Source: Octopus sinensis
Lineage: Eukaryota
Reading direction: 5' to 3'
Length of the DNA: 64,000 nucleotides
NCBI RefSeq assembly: GCF_006345805.1
Contig: NC_042997.1
Location: 78,306,001-78,370,000 of the forward strand
This document shows positions 1 through 12,308 of the stretch, piece by piece. How positions within the stretch are numbered: position 1 is the stretch's first letter; every line of letters starts with the position of its first letter. The notes under the pieces were generated by a model that was not told where the DNA came from, made no database searches, and was given only the letters and a program-made list of their open reading frames with translations. Both the position numbers and the translations under genes were made by a program.

Positions 1-544
1 TAGTGCTCTCCCACATAAACGTCTTTGGAACTATATAAAATAAAAATTTAAAGTTTAAATACTCTGTAAGCTAACACAACAACCGAAGTCCATATAACGT
101 ACATTCAACAATCAATATCTTGTGAGCTTTTAAAAATATATAGTAGATTTCATACATACTGTGATGAATCTTTTGTGAAATCTAAATAAAAACGAAAATG
201 TGGGATATGTTGGCGTGACAATTAAGGAAGTAAGGTTAACAATTATATTAATGTCCATACCCACCGGCTAAGTAACATCTGAGATTTACTTTCAGTGAAT
301 AAAATAAAAAAATACATTACATTATTCTATCCCAGTATAACTATTGCTTTATTATTTCAAACAACTCATTATGATACATAGTAGCTTTATAACACAATAA
401 GTTGAATACCTTGACAATCAATGTGAACTAGGTTAATTTCGTAAGGGCTTGGTAGATGTCAAATTGTAAATATTAAATTTTGGTCTAAAATAATTGTCTA
501 TAATATATTACAGAAGGGACTGAAAAAAGCAGTAACATCATCTG

Positions 545-548
<4 letters not shown>

Positions 549-590
<42 letters not shown>
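549..590. repeat. (AT)n microsatellite
   Basis: Pure AT dinucleotide run. Dozens of similar tracts occur across the window and are not all listed. Confidence 0.95.
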
Positions 591-594
<4 letters not shown>

Positions 595-1198
595 TATTAG
601 AGAGTTATCCACTATGTGGATAACTCTAGTGCTAAAAATAGCTCCGAAGCAACCACAGAAGATCTGTTTCCAACTAGAATCAACATACATTTAACGGAAG
701 GAAAGTGAAATACAACGAATAAAATAGATTGACTCTATACAATTGTTTCATTACTAATGTAATATGTAGTTTTACTTACACTTACATCTATAAATCTTCG
801 GTAGAGTTTGTCAGAAATGCAATTAATTAGATCGATTCGAGCGTCAAAAACACGAGCGGTCCAACCAATTACATTTTTAGTTATGTCTCAAATTCCGCGC
901 CAAAAGCATGCCTAGACTCCATTGGAAACGTATGCCGCATCAAATAAAATATTGACTGCCGCGTAGTTAAATTTATAAAATTATAAATGAGGGTGAAAAA
1001 TCGATATTAATTTAATAATACCATTAATTTAACACCAAGTGGCTTAGCACTAGAGTTATCCACATAGTGGATAACTCTCTAATAATTTATGTATAAATTT
1101 GTATTTTCTCCGTAGTTTTTTGTGCTAAGCCACTTGGTGTTAAATTAATGGTATTATTAAATTAATATCGATTTTTCACCCTCATTTATAATTTTATA
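589..1198. repeat. Two interlocking inverted-repeat pairs between (TA)n tracts (MITE-like or fold-back structure)
   Basis: 589-635 is the reverse complement of 1044-1090, and 974-1050 is the reverse complement of 1122-1198. The first pair contains the hairpin AGAGTTATCCAC-TAT-GTGGATAACTCT. Confidence 0.85.
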
Positions 1199-1199
1199 T

Positions 1200-1285
<86 letters not shown>

Positions 1286-1385
1286 ATATGCATGCATGTA
1301 TATATTACGTATGTATGTATGTACGTATGTATGTATGTATGTATGTATTTATGTATGTATGTATGCATGTATGTATGTATGTATC
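1196..1385. repeat. Compound (TA)n/(GT)n/(ATGT)n microsatellite
   Basis: Direct reading; this tract explains the ORFs at 1264 and 1268. Confidence 0.9.
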
Positions 1386-2219
1386 AAATGGATGTCATAA
1401 AACTATTCCGCAAATACAGCCATACCAACAATTCAACATACCTCCATCATCAGCTGCCCCACGCATATCACTATGGTTTCGACACCTGGGCAGTACCATT
1501 CAATCCGGTGGTGTCAACAGCACTAAAATAAGTGCTGTATGTGTATATATATATATATCATAGATTTAGGAACTAGTACTACACTAAGAGAGACTGAGAT
1601 TAGGAAAATGAGACTAAGCACTATATGCTACTCCTCACTGTGAGCTGACAAATAAGGGGACTCCGTACACCTACGTTCCTCTGCAATTTATTTCCATCAC
1701 TGTATATAGCATCTTCTTTACGTTTGCATAACAGTTTCTGTAATGTGTTTTTCCACACCATAGAGATGTCAACGTAAATAGAAGTTATGTAAATTGTAAA
1801 TAATAACACAGTAATTACGAAGAAGCCATTAGCAGACTAAATTTAAAAGAAAAAACAATAACCACCTCCATAAAAAATTTTAATGCAAATTACCACTATT
1901 ATATGACAATGAATCCATGCAAATTATCGAGCTCAATCCAGAAATGTTGATGTATAAAACATGGAAATGCTGTTTTACATAACAGACAACAATGTTTCTG
2001 AGTAATTTCATTGAACATTTCGGTTCCGTAAAATTGCTTCAAACAATAATTGAGCAAAGTATCAAATATATAGCTAACATGTTTTAGACGACTTCCTAGA
2101 TATCAAACCTTTCTTTTTGTTATGCTTGCTTCAGAGCAAACCAACCTTTATTCGTAAAAATGAGCTCAAAATCAATTTAACTTATAAATGAAATATATTT
2201 CAGTCTACGTATGTATGTT

Positions 2220-2251
<32 letters not shown>

Positions 2252-2279
2252 TATATGTATGTATGTATGTATGTATGTA

Positions 2280-3157
2280 CGAGGTGGTATCAAAAGGTTC
2301 CCGGACTAATTCTGTAGCGCGCCAACAGATATCAACACACGGTTGCGTGCGCAGTGTGAGCTAGGAGTGACCTTCATGCGGTAGTGTGCCGATTGACATC
2401 GCCGTGCCTACTTCGCAAGTTGTGTAATTTGTGTATTTGGGATCATGTGTATACTGTAGTCTGCGATGTTGTCATGGACAAGAACAAAAACCAACGTGAT
2501 ATTTTGTGTTAAACTTGGACAATCATCTACAGAGACATTGAGCATGCTTTGGCAAGCTTATGGCGGCGAGGCAATGGGTCGGAAACAATATTTCGAATAG
2601 CAAGGGCGCTTCAAAAGCGGAAGAGCGTCTCTGGAAAACGATGAACGAACTGGAAGACCTGCCACGGCTGTCACCCCCGGAAATGTGGTATTGTGCATCG
2701 AAAGTTTGTCCCTCTGGGCCAGACCGTCACTCGAGAGTTCTACTGCGACGTTTTGAAATGTTTGAGGGAGGACATTCGTCGAAAGCGACCGGATCTGTGG
2801 AGCGCGAAGAATTGGATTCTTCACCGAGCTCTCCACACTCATGAGTTTCTCGCCAAAAGCAACATGCTTTTGCAGATTTAGCACCTGCGGACTTTCATCT
2901 CTTTCTCAAGATGAAAAGGCAGCTCAAATGTTGCTGTTTTAATATCATTACCGGGATCCAGAGCGAATTGCGGAAGGTCCTCGACTCGCTTACAGAAAAT
3001 TACTTCCAGGTCGGATTCCAAAGTGACAGGAACGCTGAGATCGGTGTATTGCTGCACAAGGTGGACTATTTCGAAGGAGATGATGTTAAAACTTAGGTAA
3101 TTACATTATTTTTTTTATTAAACATAACTAGTTCTGGAAACGTTTGATACCCTCTCG
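2280..3157 (+). mobile_element. Internally deleted mariner transposon (878 bp)
   Basis: Imperfect ~30-bp TIRs CGAGGTGGTATCAAAAGGTTCCCGGACTAATT / ACTAGTTCTGGAAACGTTTGATACCCTCTCG with TA on both sides (2278-2279, 3158-3159). Transposase fragments: HTH region KLGQSSTETLSMLWQAYGGEAMG...ENDERTGRP, FVPLGQTVTREFYCDVLKCLREDIRRKRPDLW, DLAPADFHLFLKMK and terminal YFEGD. Inserted in an (ATGT)n tract. Confidence 0.9.
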
Positions 3158-3419
3158 TATGTATGTACGTACGTACGGTTTCTAACCGAAATCGAAAGCT
3201 CATTCATTAGAATTTCAACACCAACAGGGCATTTTTGCATGTGTGTGTGTGTCTGTGTGCAGTATTGGGAGTCAGTATATGTGCAGATCTGTATGTTTTA
3301 TTTTATATATGTATTCTCATGCATATAGTTGCATATCTAGATATCCTCATATATACCTAAATGATAATCTTCTGGAAAGTTTTACAAACCTTTACAGTTT
3401 CACTTGTGGAATGGATCTG

Positions 3420-4680
3420 TAGTCTTCGAATCAGCTTTCACCTTTCTGGTTTTGAGAAGCTTAATTTCTCAAGATTAGTACTTAGGCAGTGTGTTACATA
3501 TCCCATTGCCCCAATAATCACACGTATAAACATTAACTTTTAATCTATGTAGAGTAACAGTAGATTTCTCAATAGTTCAGTGTAGGTATTTTCTTTTTCG
3601 TTGATCTTCAGCTTAATGTTATCATCTGCTGAGCAGCTGATTTCCACTACTGTACACAACTTTTCTTCTCTGTCCCAAATATACCATCTCTGATCTATTA
3701 TGTTCACACTTTCTTTATCCGGCTGTAATATTTTTTAATGACATGCGCCTTGTTACAGATACCATTGAAAAATATGTTTCCATATACCCCTACGTACCTG
3801 AAACATTCCACATCAGATATAGGAGAAACAGTTAAGTCAGTGATGGAAATGTTGCAAGTATGGTTTGCAGTTTTCCCTTTTCCCAGCCATATAGCAACAT
3901 TTCTTTTGACCAAACTCCAACCCTATATCCTTTGGGAATGTGGTAACCAGCTCAAGGCTCTTTTTCATGCATATTCTTGACGTACAATTTCAAGTCATCC
4001 ACAAAGAATCAGTGCATGATTTGGGTATTTCTGTTTCCTTGTGAACTAGTGAGACACCCTTCAGACTCCTTTAACATGAATGACCAGGGTTTTACAGAAA
4101 GTATGAACAGCATCACAGAGCGGAATATACCTTTGTGATACTGTATTTTATCGGTGATAATACAATCACTCTTTGTATTTATCTTCAAGATGGTGGCCCA
4201 CGATGATGTCAGGTCAGCTATGACTTTGACTATGCTCTCTCAAACCTTAACAAGTCGATGGGCTTCTAGCATCCATGAGTGGGAAATAAAGCCTTTCTTG
4301 TAGTCCAGCTACATTGAAACTAGGTTTCCCCTATGCACCCATACCTATGACATTACAGTTTTGCTCGGTACATTCTCAGACTCCTTTCTTCTCAGCTGCT
4401 TGTTCTGCTTTGATAATGTTATTACTTTCACAATGGTTTGGAAGAAGAGGTTTAAACATACTGCATATATTTTATGGATTAAGTTCTTACGTACTATTGG
4501 CCGGTAGTTTTTTGCCATGTGAGTGGTTCTGCTTTTCGGAATCAGTTTTGTCTTTCCCAGAGCTAACCATTCTGGTGTGCTACTATTCTCATTGAGGGCT
4601 TGCAGGTGCAGGTTGATAAAATATGGTCGGTAGGCTAGTTTCTTGTACCAGTATCCAACAATCAAGTTTCTTCCAGGTGT
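3420..4680 (-). mobile_element. Old degenerate R4/Dong-like RLE non-LTR retrotransposon fragment
   Basis: Minus-strand peptides TPEWLALGKTKLIPKSRTTHMAKNYRPI, VTTFPKDIGLEFGQKKC, FRYVGV..IKKYYSRIKKV and VVEISCSADDNIKLKINEK parallel the RT and RLE motifs of the element at 45688-48440. Many stops and deletions; ends approximate. Confidence 0.75.
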
Positions 4681-4696
4681 TTATACGATATCATAC

Positions 4697-4769
4697 ATAC
4701 ATACATACATACATACATGCATGCATGCATACATACATACATACATACATACATACATACATACATACA

Positions 4770-4801
<32 letters not shown>

Positions 4802-4815
4802 ATATATATATATAT
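4697..4815. repeat. (ATAC)n then (AT)n microsatellite
   Basis: Direct reading. Confidence 0.9.
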
Positions 4816-5051
4816 AGGTGTAAAAAGGTTGACTGTAGATTCGTCCTTTAATTTGGAGGTTTCCAAAACAGATTTCTAATGTTGATTCTTCATATTTTGC
4901 TGGCGGTTTACAGGCATAAATTTGCGAATATGAAAATAATACTTGTATATGATGTGTTGTAAATTTATGGAACGAAATCCCACAAAACGCATCAATTTAG
5001 TTAAAAATGGAGAAGACAAGTTGTTAAAATATATAAGAGAATTTTAATTCA

Positions 5052-5166
5052 TGCAGACGAACGTTTCGTACAGAGATATAAATATCATGCAAAATCATGA
5101 TTGAATTGAATTAGATTAAATTAATTAAATGAATTAATTATATATATCAATGTACTCTTCAGTGCA
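5052..5166 (-). ncRNA. Type I hammerhead ribozyme-like motif with long stem II loop
   Basis: Minus strand: tgca CUGAAGA gtaca..(AT-rich loop)..tgtac GAA ACG tt CGU C tgca. Intact core, 4-bp stem I, 5-bp stem II, GUC cleavage triplet. Confidence 0.7.
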
Positions 5167-5824
5167 AGAAGTATAAACAAAATTTAGAATGAACTTGACA
5201 AAGGAAGCAGCAGAAGAATAGACTCTAGGAGATTCATATTCATCCTTATGAGAAAGAGATGTACGTCAAGTTAAATATTAACTATAACTAAAAACTATAA
5301 CGGTTATTTGAAAATATAAGTAAAGAGGTATCAGAGACATTCCCTCTATAAATGAGTAAGGGGATTAGAAATTTTAACTCCAAACAAGTAGCATAAGGCA
5401 AAAAATTATATTAGAAATGTCCAATGGAAACGCATTGCTATATTTGAATTAGGATATGACCTGGCAGTTGAAAACATTACTTAATGTGATGTATTTAAAA
5501 AATTTTTATACATGCGAATGAAGTTAATCTTTAGGAGGTAGTATATAAAGGGCTAATATTATATAGTTTACGTAAACAAGTATTAGAGAGATAAAAAGCG
5601 TTAAAGAGAGAATAAGATGTGTAAGAGGGACTTACGTGTGCATAATAACTAATATTCGTTAGTGTGTATTAAAAATTAGGCAGAAAAAATAAGTAAAAAC
5701 AGAAAAATAGGTGTTAATTTTACAATTTAGATAGTAAATACTTGCTGTAGCTATAATTAGCACGTCAAGTAGTTCATGGAAGTGAACTAACAAGATACAC
5801 AATACCTACGGTGTTGCATACAGA

Positions 5825-6143
5825 ATTGAATTTTCGTCCGTGGAAACCTCATTACATGCACGAGCTAAAATCTGAAGACTGTGACAAAACCTCGCACGCT
5901 GGAGGACTTGGAGATATGGATTCAGGAGGTTCTCAATGATATCTCAGATGACATTCTTCAGAAGGTTGTTCATTCTTTCCTTGCCGTTTGAGGAACCTGG
6001 TTGACGCAACCGGTGCTCACGTTAAAATACGAAGATTTACTTTCATTTTCCCGTGTAATAAAGAACATGTACCATTTGTTTCAATAAATTTGAAAAAGTT
6101 TTATTACCAATTTTTAATGCCTACTTACTTTTCACCCACCCTG
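5825..6143 (+). mobile_element. 3' fragment of an IS630-Tc1-mariner superfamily transposon, internally deleted
   Basis: Peptides LNFRPWKPHYMHELKSEDCDK and KPRTLEDLEIWIQEVLNDISDDILQKVVHSF..RLRNLVDATGAHV. Ends in TIR-like CTTACTTTTCACCCACCCTG followed by TA; no left TIR seen. Confidence 0.6.
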
Positions 6144-6158
6144 TATACACACACACGC

Positions 6159-6242
<84 letters not shown>

Positions 6243-6304
6243 CAGCATTATAATATCCATAAGTTGATGAACAAACCAAATTTGTTTCTCCATTTTCTTA
6301 TTTG

Positions 6305-6364
<60 letters not shown>

Positions 6365-6844
6365 AAGCATTGATCAGAGAACAAACATCAAATTCGATTC
6401 AACGACTTTATATATAATACCACGCCTCCAAAACATTTGATCATATATAAATATTACCGTGGTCCTTAAACATACAAAGTATACATATATAAAAAAAGAC
6501 ACAAAAGGTAAAATATATATTCGAATAAAAATAGATATATACAATCGACTAAAAATTCTAAAGCGTGTCATGCGACAAAAAATCTAAATAAAATAAATAT
6601 TAATCGACTAAAAAAATGTTTTTTCTGACTCCCCTCAAACAAAAAAGTATGTCAAACAAATTCATATAGAAACCATGGCCATTTCGGGAGTTCATTGCCG
6701 CATTTCGATTACGAGTTAAAGTGCATCTCGGCAATGAACCTCTCGTCAGGATGAATAGGAATGCATATATGTGTGTGTGTGTGCGTCTATATACATACAT
6801 ATACACACATATACATGCACACAGACACACACCACACACATATA

Positions 6845-6900
<56 letters not shown>

Positions 6901-7069
6901 TATATATACATATATATACACACACACACACACATATATATATATAATATATATATATATATAATATATATATATATAACGGGAAGGTTTACGAAAATAA
7001 ACAAAAGGCAGATGGAGTACAAACAAACAAATGTATTAGTATGGCGCTCAGGAATAGAAATAGAACAAG

Positions 7070-7107
7070 TCTTTTACGTTTCGAGCCTACTCTCTTCGAC
7101 AGAAGGA
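7070..7107 (-). ncRNA. Variant minimal hammerhead-like motif in PLE pLTR
   Basis: Minus strand: tcctt CUGUCGA A gag agtagg ctc GAA ACGU A aaaga. Core has U at position 6 and an extra A; stem III is the palindrome ACGU. Confidence 0.5.
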
Positions 7108-7879
7108 TACACAGAAAAGAAACAAGGAGAGAAACAAGGAGAGGAAAAAATGCGTGTCGGAGCTACCGGTCTATCATGGCGTTCTGACTTCAGGCAGAGG
7201 TCAGACGTTAGACTCTAGAGGGATAGTAGGGGAGATAACAGGTTCAAGTGACTTCCAAAACGAAGGTGGCCCCAACACGAAGAGAGTATGTATGTGCGTG
7301 TTAAAGAAGGCTGGTGGTCTGGACGTGTGTATGTATGTATGTGTGGGTGTGGAGATATGGGGATGGGTGTGTGGGTGGTGTGTTGTGATATGATATGTAT
7401 ATGTATGTGTAGGTGTAAAGATGTGGGGATGGGTGTGTGGGCGGTGTGCTGTAGGTAGTGTGTTGTGATGTGATGTGTAATATCGTATGGTGTAGTGTAG
7501 TGTGGTGAGATGTTGTGGGAAGGTGGGGGCGAGAGTGGGGAAAGCCCATGTGGGGTGTGGGTTCGGCTGGGGGTTGGGGTGGAGTGGGGGTTGTGGGGAG
7601 AGTGAGAGGGGGAGAGAAGAGAGAAGAAGGGAGGAGGGGAGGAGGGGTGAGGAGAGGAGGAGAAGGAGGGGGAGATGGGAGGAGGGGAGAGGGAGAGGAG
7701 GAGGAGGGGAGAGGAGAGAAGGGGGAGCAAAGAGAAAGAGAGAAGGGGAAGAGAGAAGAAGAAAGAAGAAAGAAGAAGAGGGAAGAAGAGGGGAGAAGAA
7801 GGGAAAGAAGGGAAGAGGAGGGAAAGAGAGTAGGGGTGAAAAGATGAAGGACTGAAGAGAAGTAGGAGTCGGAGGGAGG

Positions 7880-8336
7880 TTAGATGAAAAGGGGATGGAG
7901 AGTTGAGCCCAAATGGCGTAAAAGAGCGAAGAGAGAAGTTTAATCCCTGTTCACGGCGCAAGCGGGAATCCGGATGGCCTCTGTGCAAGGACAATCCGAA
8001 CACAGACAGGTGTTGCAAGGAGTGACCGGTGGGGCGGAAATGGCGTGAGACTGGTGTGTCATTGGCGAGGCGGATGTCTCGGAGGTGTTCCGCGAACCGG
8101 TCAGCCAAGTGGCGTCCCGTTTGTCCGATGTACAGGAAATGGCAGAGAGAGAAGGAGATGCAATAGATGATATTGCTGGAGGTGCAGGTGAAAGAGTCGA
8201 TGATGCGATAGGGTCGATGATGGGTGCCGGTGAGGAGGGTGGTGTTGGAGAGGTAAGGGCAAGTGCGGCAACGTGGGCGGGAGCAGGGGAACGAGCCAGG
8301 TTGGGAGGTAGGGTCAGGGAAGAAGCTGTGGACCAA
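7880..8336 (-). pseudogene. Penelope-type GIY-YIG endonuclease domain (meaningful part of ORF 7215..8336)
   Basis: PCSRPRCRTC...FTCTSSNIIYCISFSLCHFLYIGQTGRHLADRFAEHL...VSRHF...GLN. The remainder of the ORF is translated microsatellite. Confidence 0.85.
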
Positions 8337-8357
8337 GAGGTCTCGTAGGTTATGGGC

Positions 8358-8405
<48 letters not shown>

Positions 8406-8414
8406 ACTTTAGGC

Positions 8415-8610
8415 ACAAAGTCAGCAGTTTTAGTGTGAAGGAATGTTAATAGATTACACCGGCTCAAGTACTTGACTGGTACTTTATTTTATCGATTCCG
8501 GTGAGATAAATGGCGGAATTGAAACTTGTTAAATTTGAGCTCAATATAAAGACCCGGAAAAATGTCACGTGGCATTTTTTCCAATGCTCTAATGATTCTT
8601 CCAGCTTATG
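8415..8610 (-). mobile_element. Degenerate SINE
   Basis: GGTACTTTATTTTATCGATTCCGGTGAGATAAATGGCGGAATTGAAAC..AAATTTGAGCTC is a diverged match to the SINE at 30598-30824. Ends approximate. Confidence 0.5.
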
Positions 8611-8691
8611 TTAGTTTGAGTAAAGAAAAGAAGTCTTTGATGTTTCTAACTTATTTGTTCTTCATCGGAGAGAAAAAATAGAAGACAGGAG

Positions 8692-8695
<4 letters not shown>

Positions 8696-8735
<40 letters not shown>

Positions 8736-8787
8736 CATACATACATACATACATACATACATACATACATACATACATACATACATA
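8696..8787. repeat. (GATA)n/(CATA)n microsatellite
   Basis: Direct reading. Confidence 0.9.
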
Positions 8788-9209
8788 GAGAGAGAAGGGG
8801 AGAGAGAGGGGAGAGTAATAGAAAAACATAGAAAAAGAGAGTAATTAATCCACGTGCTTTTTTTTGAGAATGCCATTTTAGGAGAGAACCAGAAGTAAAG
8901 AAAGATATGAAAATAGTCTTCATCGGCGATGATTAGCCGGAAGATTCACTGAGCATCTCAACGACGGCCGACTTGACCACAGATCACTTGCCACTCGTCA
9001 CTTAATACAGGAACTTTTGTTGTGTTATTCATTGACTGTGTAACTATTCCCACACACTCACTCACACACACTTACACATACACATAATACACACATGTGT
9101 GTGTGTATATATATATTAAAAATGAACTTCAATCTTGCTTGCTTGCAATGTTATACACTCAAACTGTCGCATAATGGGAAAATACTATGGATTAAGGACC
9201 CCTTTAAAA

Positions 9210-12200
9210 TGTGAATACAAACGGAATAAAACAAGTAACGCGTAAATCGGACAACCGATTCTTGAGATATTGAGGTTTGGGGGGATATAAATGCCCAAAA
9301 CAGTGCATAATAAGAAAATACACAAAAAATAACTTAACCCTGAAAGGAAGAAACTCTAACCATTTGATTAGACACACTATGATGGGCAGATGTTTTAATG
9401 ACTTTGACTTGCCAACGAATAATACGAGTTGTTTTTTTACAGTAAACGTTTCTATTTTTGCTTTTGTTAAACACAGTATTTTAATCATTCAGATATATTT
9501 TTAAGTGAATGCGATTTCAAAAATGTTAGTTGTTTGTACAGTAGGTATTTATATTTTAGCTTTCTTTAAAGAGACAATATTTTAATCTTTTAAAAATTAT
9601 ATACCATTTCAATACCATTTCAAAAATTTTTTTGTTTTTGGCATATCGAAAAAATATTTTAATGTGAAAATGACTGTAAAAATATGGTAAATATTTCGTA
9701 AAAAACCGCTCATAACCTCGTAATTTTCTCACCTCCAAAGATTTGGCTGCTATTTCTAGCACGCCCTGCTACCACGTAACAGCTATTTGCGATAAAGGAC
9801 CCGAAATAACTGTTACGTGTTAACAGGATGTACAAGAAATAGCAACCAAATCCTTTCTTTTCTGAGGAAAGGAGCCGTTTACGCGTGACATCGATGTCTC
9901 ATTCGTTGAAGGCGTGTGAAATAACCTGGAAAAGAAAAAAAAACGAAACAAAACTCAGAGTTTCACAGGAAACTCCCAGGTCCCACAAACCCGCGCCCCT
10001 TTCTTTTCCGGAAGGAAGTGGTTTGGGGTGGGTTTGGAGGTGAGATACGTTGAATGTACTCGAAAAAGCCTGTGGAAAAAAATTATTTCACACCGAATTA
10101 CGAACAGGTCCTTTACGAAATAGTTACCCAAGATCGGGACAGGCATGCGAATAGAAGGATCGATGAGACTGATAAACCAAATTCTTTCGTTCACAAAATT
10201 CCGAGCAGACAACTGAACAGGGAATTGTTGCCCTTTCATTTCTCTCTTCGTTAAATCACCACAGGTGGCTGTAACTATAAAATTACACGTCTTCGCGACG
10301 TACAGTAACAGTTCCTGATTTCAAGATAAGATTTTCATTTATTATAACATTATTTCTTTCGTTTTTTTGTTCCGTTTTCTTTCAAAAACACTTTCTTTAT
10401 ACAAGCGTTCTTCTTTCACTTATATTAGTTTCATTTCGTCAGTTCAGCTACAAAAGAAAAAGGGCTCAGGTTTTCTTCCATATCTATCTTGGATCCTAAG
10501 GATAGTGTAGATTTGAGAATGTGGATACTCCATAGCGATGGCATTCAGCACGACAGTCGAATTATTGGAAATTGTACTCAGACAATATAACCCTTACATT
10601 CCGCCATTTAGAATGGCAAAAGAGCAAATTAAAAATATTTCTGAAGCTACAATTGTTATTGATCCCGATTGAAGACCAGCAATAGAACATGAGAGAAGAT
10701 TCAATGCACAAACTACAAATGTAGTTGCCGTTATTATACAAAACATCACGGGAATTCAAGCAACAGCACGGTACATTGTGTTGAAAGGAAAAGGCGGACA
10801 ACTGCAAATAATCTCAGAATCCCATCAGTCTTATGACAGTTTTCAGTATGTTCTATTTTTTTCTTTTGGTGATGACGGGGGGCAGCATGACCTGCTATTG
10901 AGTTACAAGAAGTTGACACCAATGCAAGTGCATTATTTACGTGGTTACCGTTGAATATCAAAAGCGAAGTCTTTCCCATGCACATTGTTTGCTATGGCTC
11001 AATGAAGCCTCCAAGCCCAGACGGCAGGAATACGATAAATTCGTTCAAGCCGAAATACCAGATCCAAACAAAGATCCAGAGGGTCATCAATTGGTGTTCA
11101 TCTACCTGACGAAAATCAAATCTTATTTCGAGACAATGCTGCTGTTACGGTAAACAATAACATGCATAGGGCAACTTTCACTGAGTTCATGGATCTTTAT
11201 GCTCGCGATCCATTTGCAAAAACGTTGTATTATGCCTATGTGCCGAGGTTTTACACTTGGAGTAACAAGACATGGGAAAGGAGGAAGGTGGGGAAAGGAG
11301 TTGACCAGTATCCAGGGATTTTTGCGGCAAACGTTTTGGGACGAGTGTATACTATTTCTCCACAAACTGTATTACTTAAGACTCCTTCTGCATCACGTCA
11401 AGGGGCCACTATCGTTTAACACTTTGAAAATATGTGATGGACAACTATTGCCATTATTCAAAGACGTCTGTAGAGAGTAAGGTTTGCTTCAATCGGAAGA
11501 TCATGGGCTCGACTTAAGAATTCGCTGTCTGAGGATTACCTTCAAATAGAAAATGGGCTACCAGAAACATTATCCTTTTGATTAGCGAGAGACATTATGA
11601 TCAATGTCTTCTGTATTTTCAAGGCAAAGGTCTTACTGACATTAAAAGACCAATGCCAAATAATATTGTGGCTAATCAAGATATTGACAATTTGGAGTTA
11701 TTGCATGAGTTGCAATATAAGAGAAGAGCAGCAACGATTTGTAGAAGAGAGTGATCCTTTATTGAATAGTGAGCAACAAGATGTGTACAACTTTGTTTGT
11801 AACAGTTCACAGAGGAACACGTCTGCATTGATTTTCATTGACGCTCCAGGTGAAACAGGAAAGACGTACTTGATTAAATTAATCTTTCAAAGTCAGGGGA
11901 AACGGCGACGTGAAGGTTGCTGTAGCGACACCTGATATTGCCACAACACTGATGTCTGCTGGACTGCGCGTCATGCGAAACAGAGGCAAAGGGATAAAAG
12001 CAGACGTCATCAATCGGATGATCATGTGAATACAAACGGAATAAAACAAATTTTTCTTAAGTCGGACCACGGTTTACCGAGATACACGTTTTTTTGTGGT
12101 GGTGGTGGGGGTACTTTTATGAATAGCCAGACCGGCGTATAATGGCGGAAATGCTTTGAAATGTGAATACACACGGAATAACAGAAGTTTTGCGTAAATC

Positions 12201-12221
12201 AGACCACGGATTCCTGATATA
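9210..12221 (+). repeat. Three dispersed ~60-bp direct repeats (9210-9269, 12025-12084, 12162-12221)
   Basis: Approximate consensus TGTGAATACAAACGGAATAAAACAA....GCGTAAATCGGACCACGG.TTC.TGAGATA; the copies bracket the Helitron relic. Confidence 0.75.
10560..11975 (+). mobile_element. Degenerate Helitron RepHel pseudogene (Rep motif to PIF1 Walker A)
   Basis: Fragments EHERRFNAQTTNVVAVII, LQIISESHQSYDSFQYVLFFSFGDDG, VTVEYQKRSLSHAHCLLWL (Rep HUH motif), YAYVPRFYTW, GRVYTISP, LRLLLHHVKGPLSFNTLK, FIDAPGETGKTYLI. Many frameshifts and deletions. Confidence 0.88.
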
Positions 12222-12251
12222 TATATATATTATATATATATATATATATAC

Positions 12252-12308
<57 letters not shown>

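Larger units (their letters stand above)
6978..8348 (-). mobile_element. 5'-truncated Penelope-like element: GIY-YIG endonuclease plus 3' pLTR
   Basis: GIY-YIG coding segment followed by low-complexity spacer and a 3' region homologous to 57122-57560 that carries a hammerhead-like motif. Flanked by (TA)n on both sides. Confidence 0.85.

Noticed and set aside
601-1080. TTATCCACA / TGTGGATAA matches to bacterial DnaA boxes
   Set aside because: The context is eukaryotic repeat DNA and the matches are explained by a single duplicated hairpin; no other oriC features.
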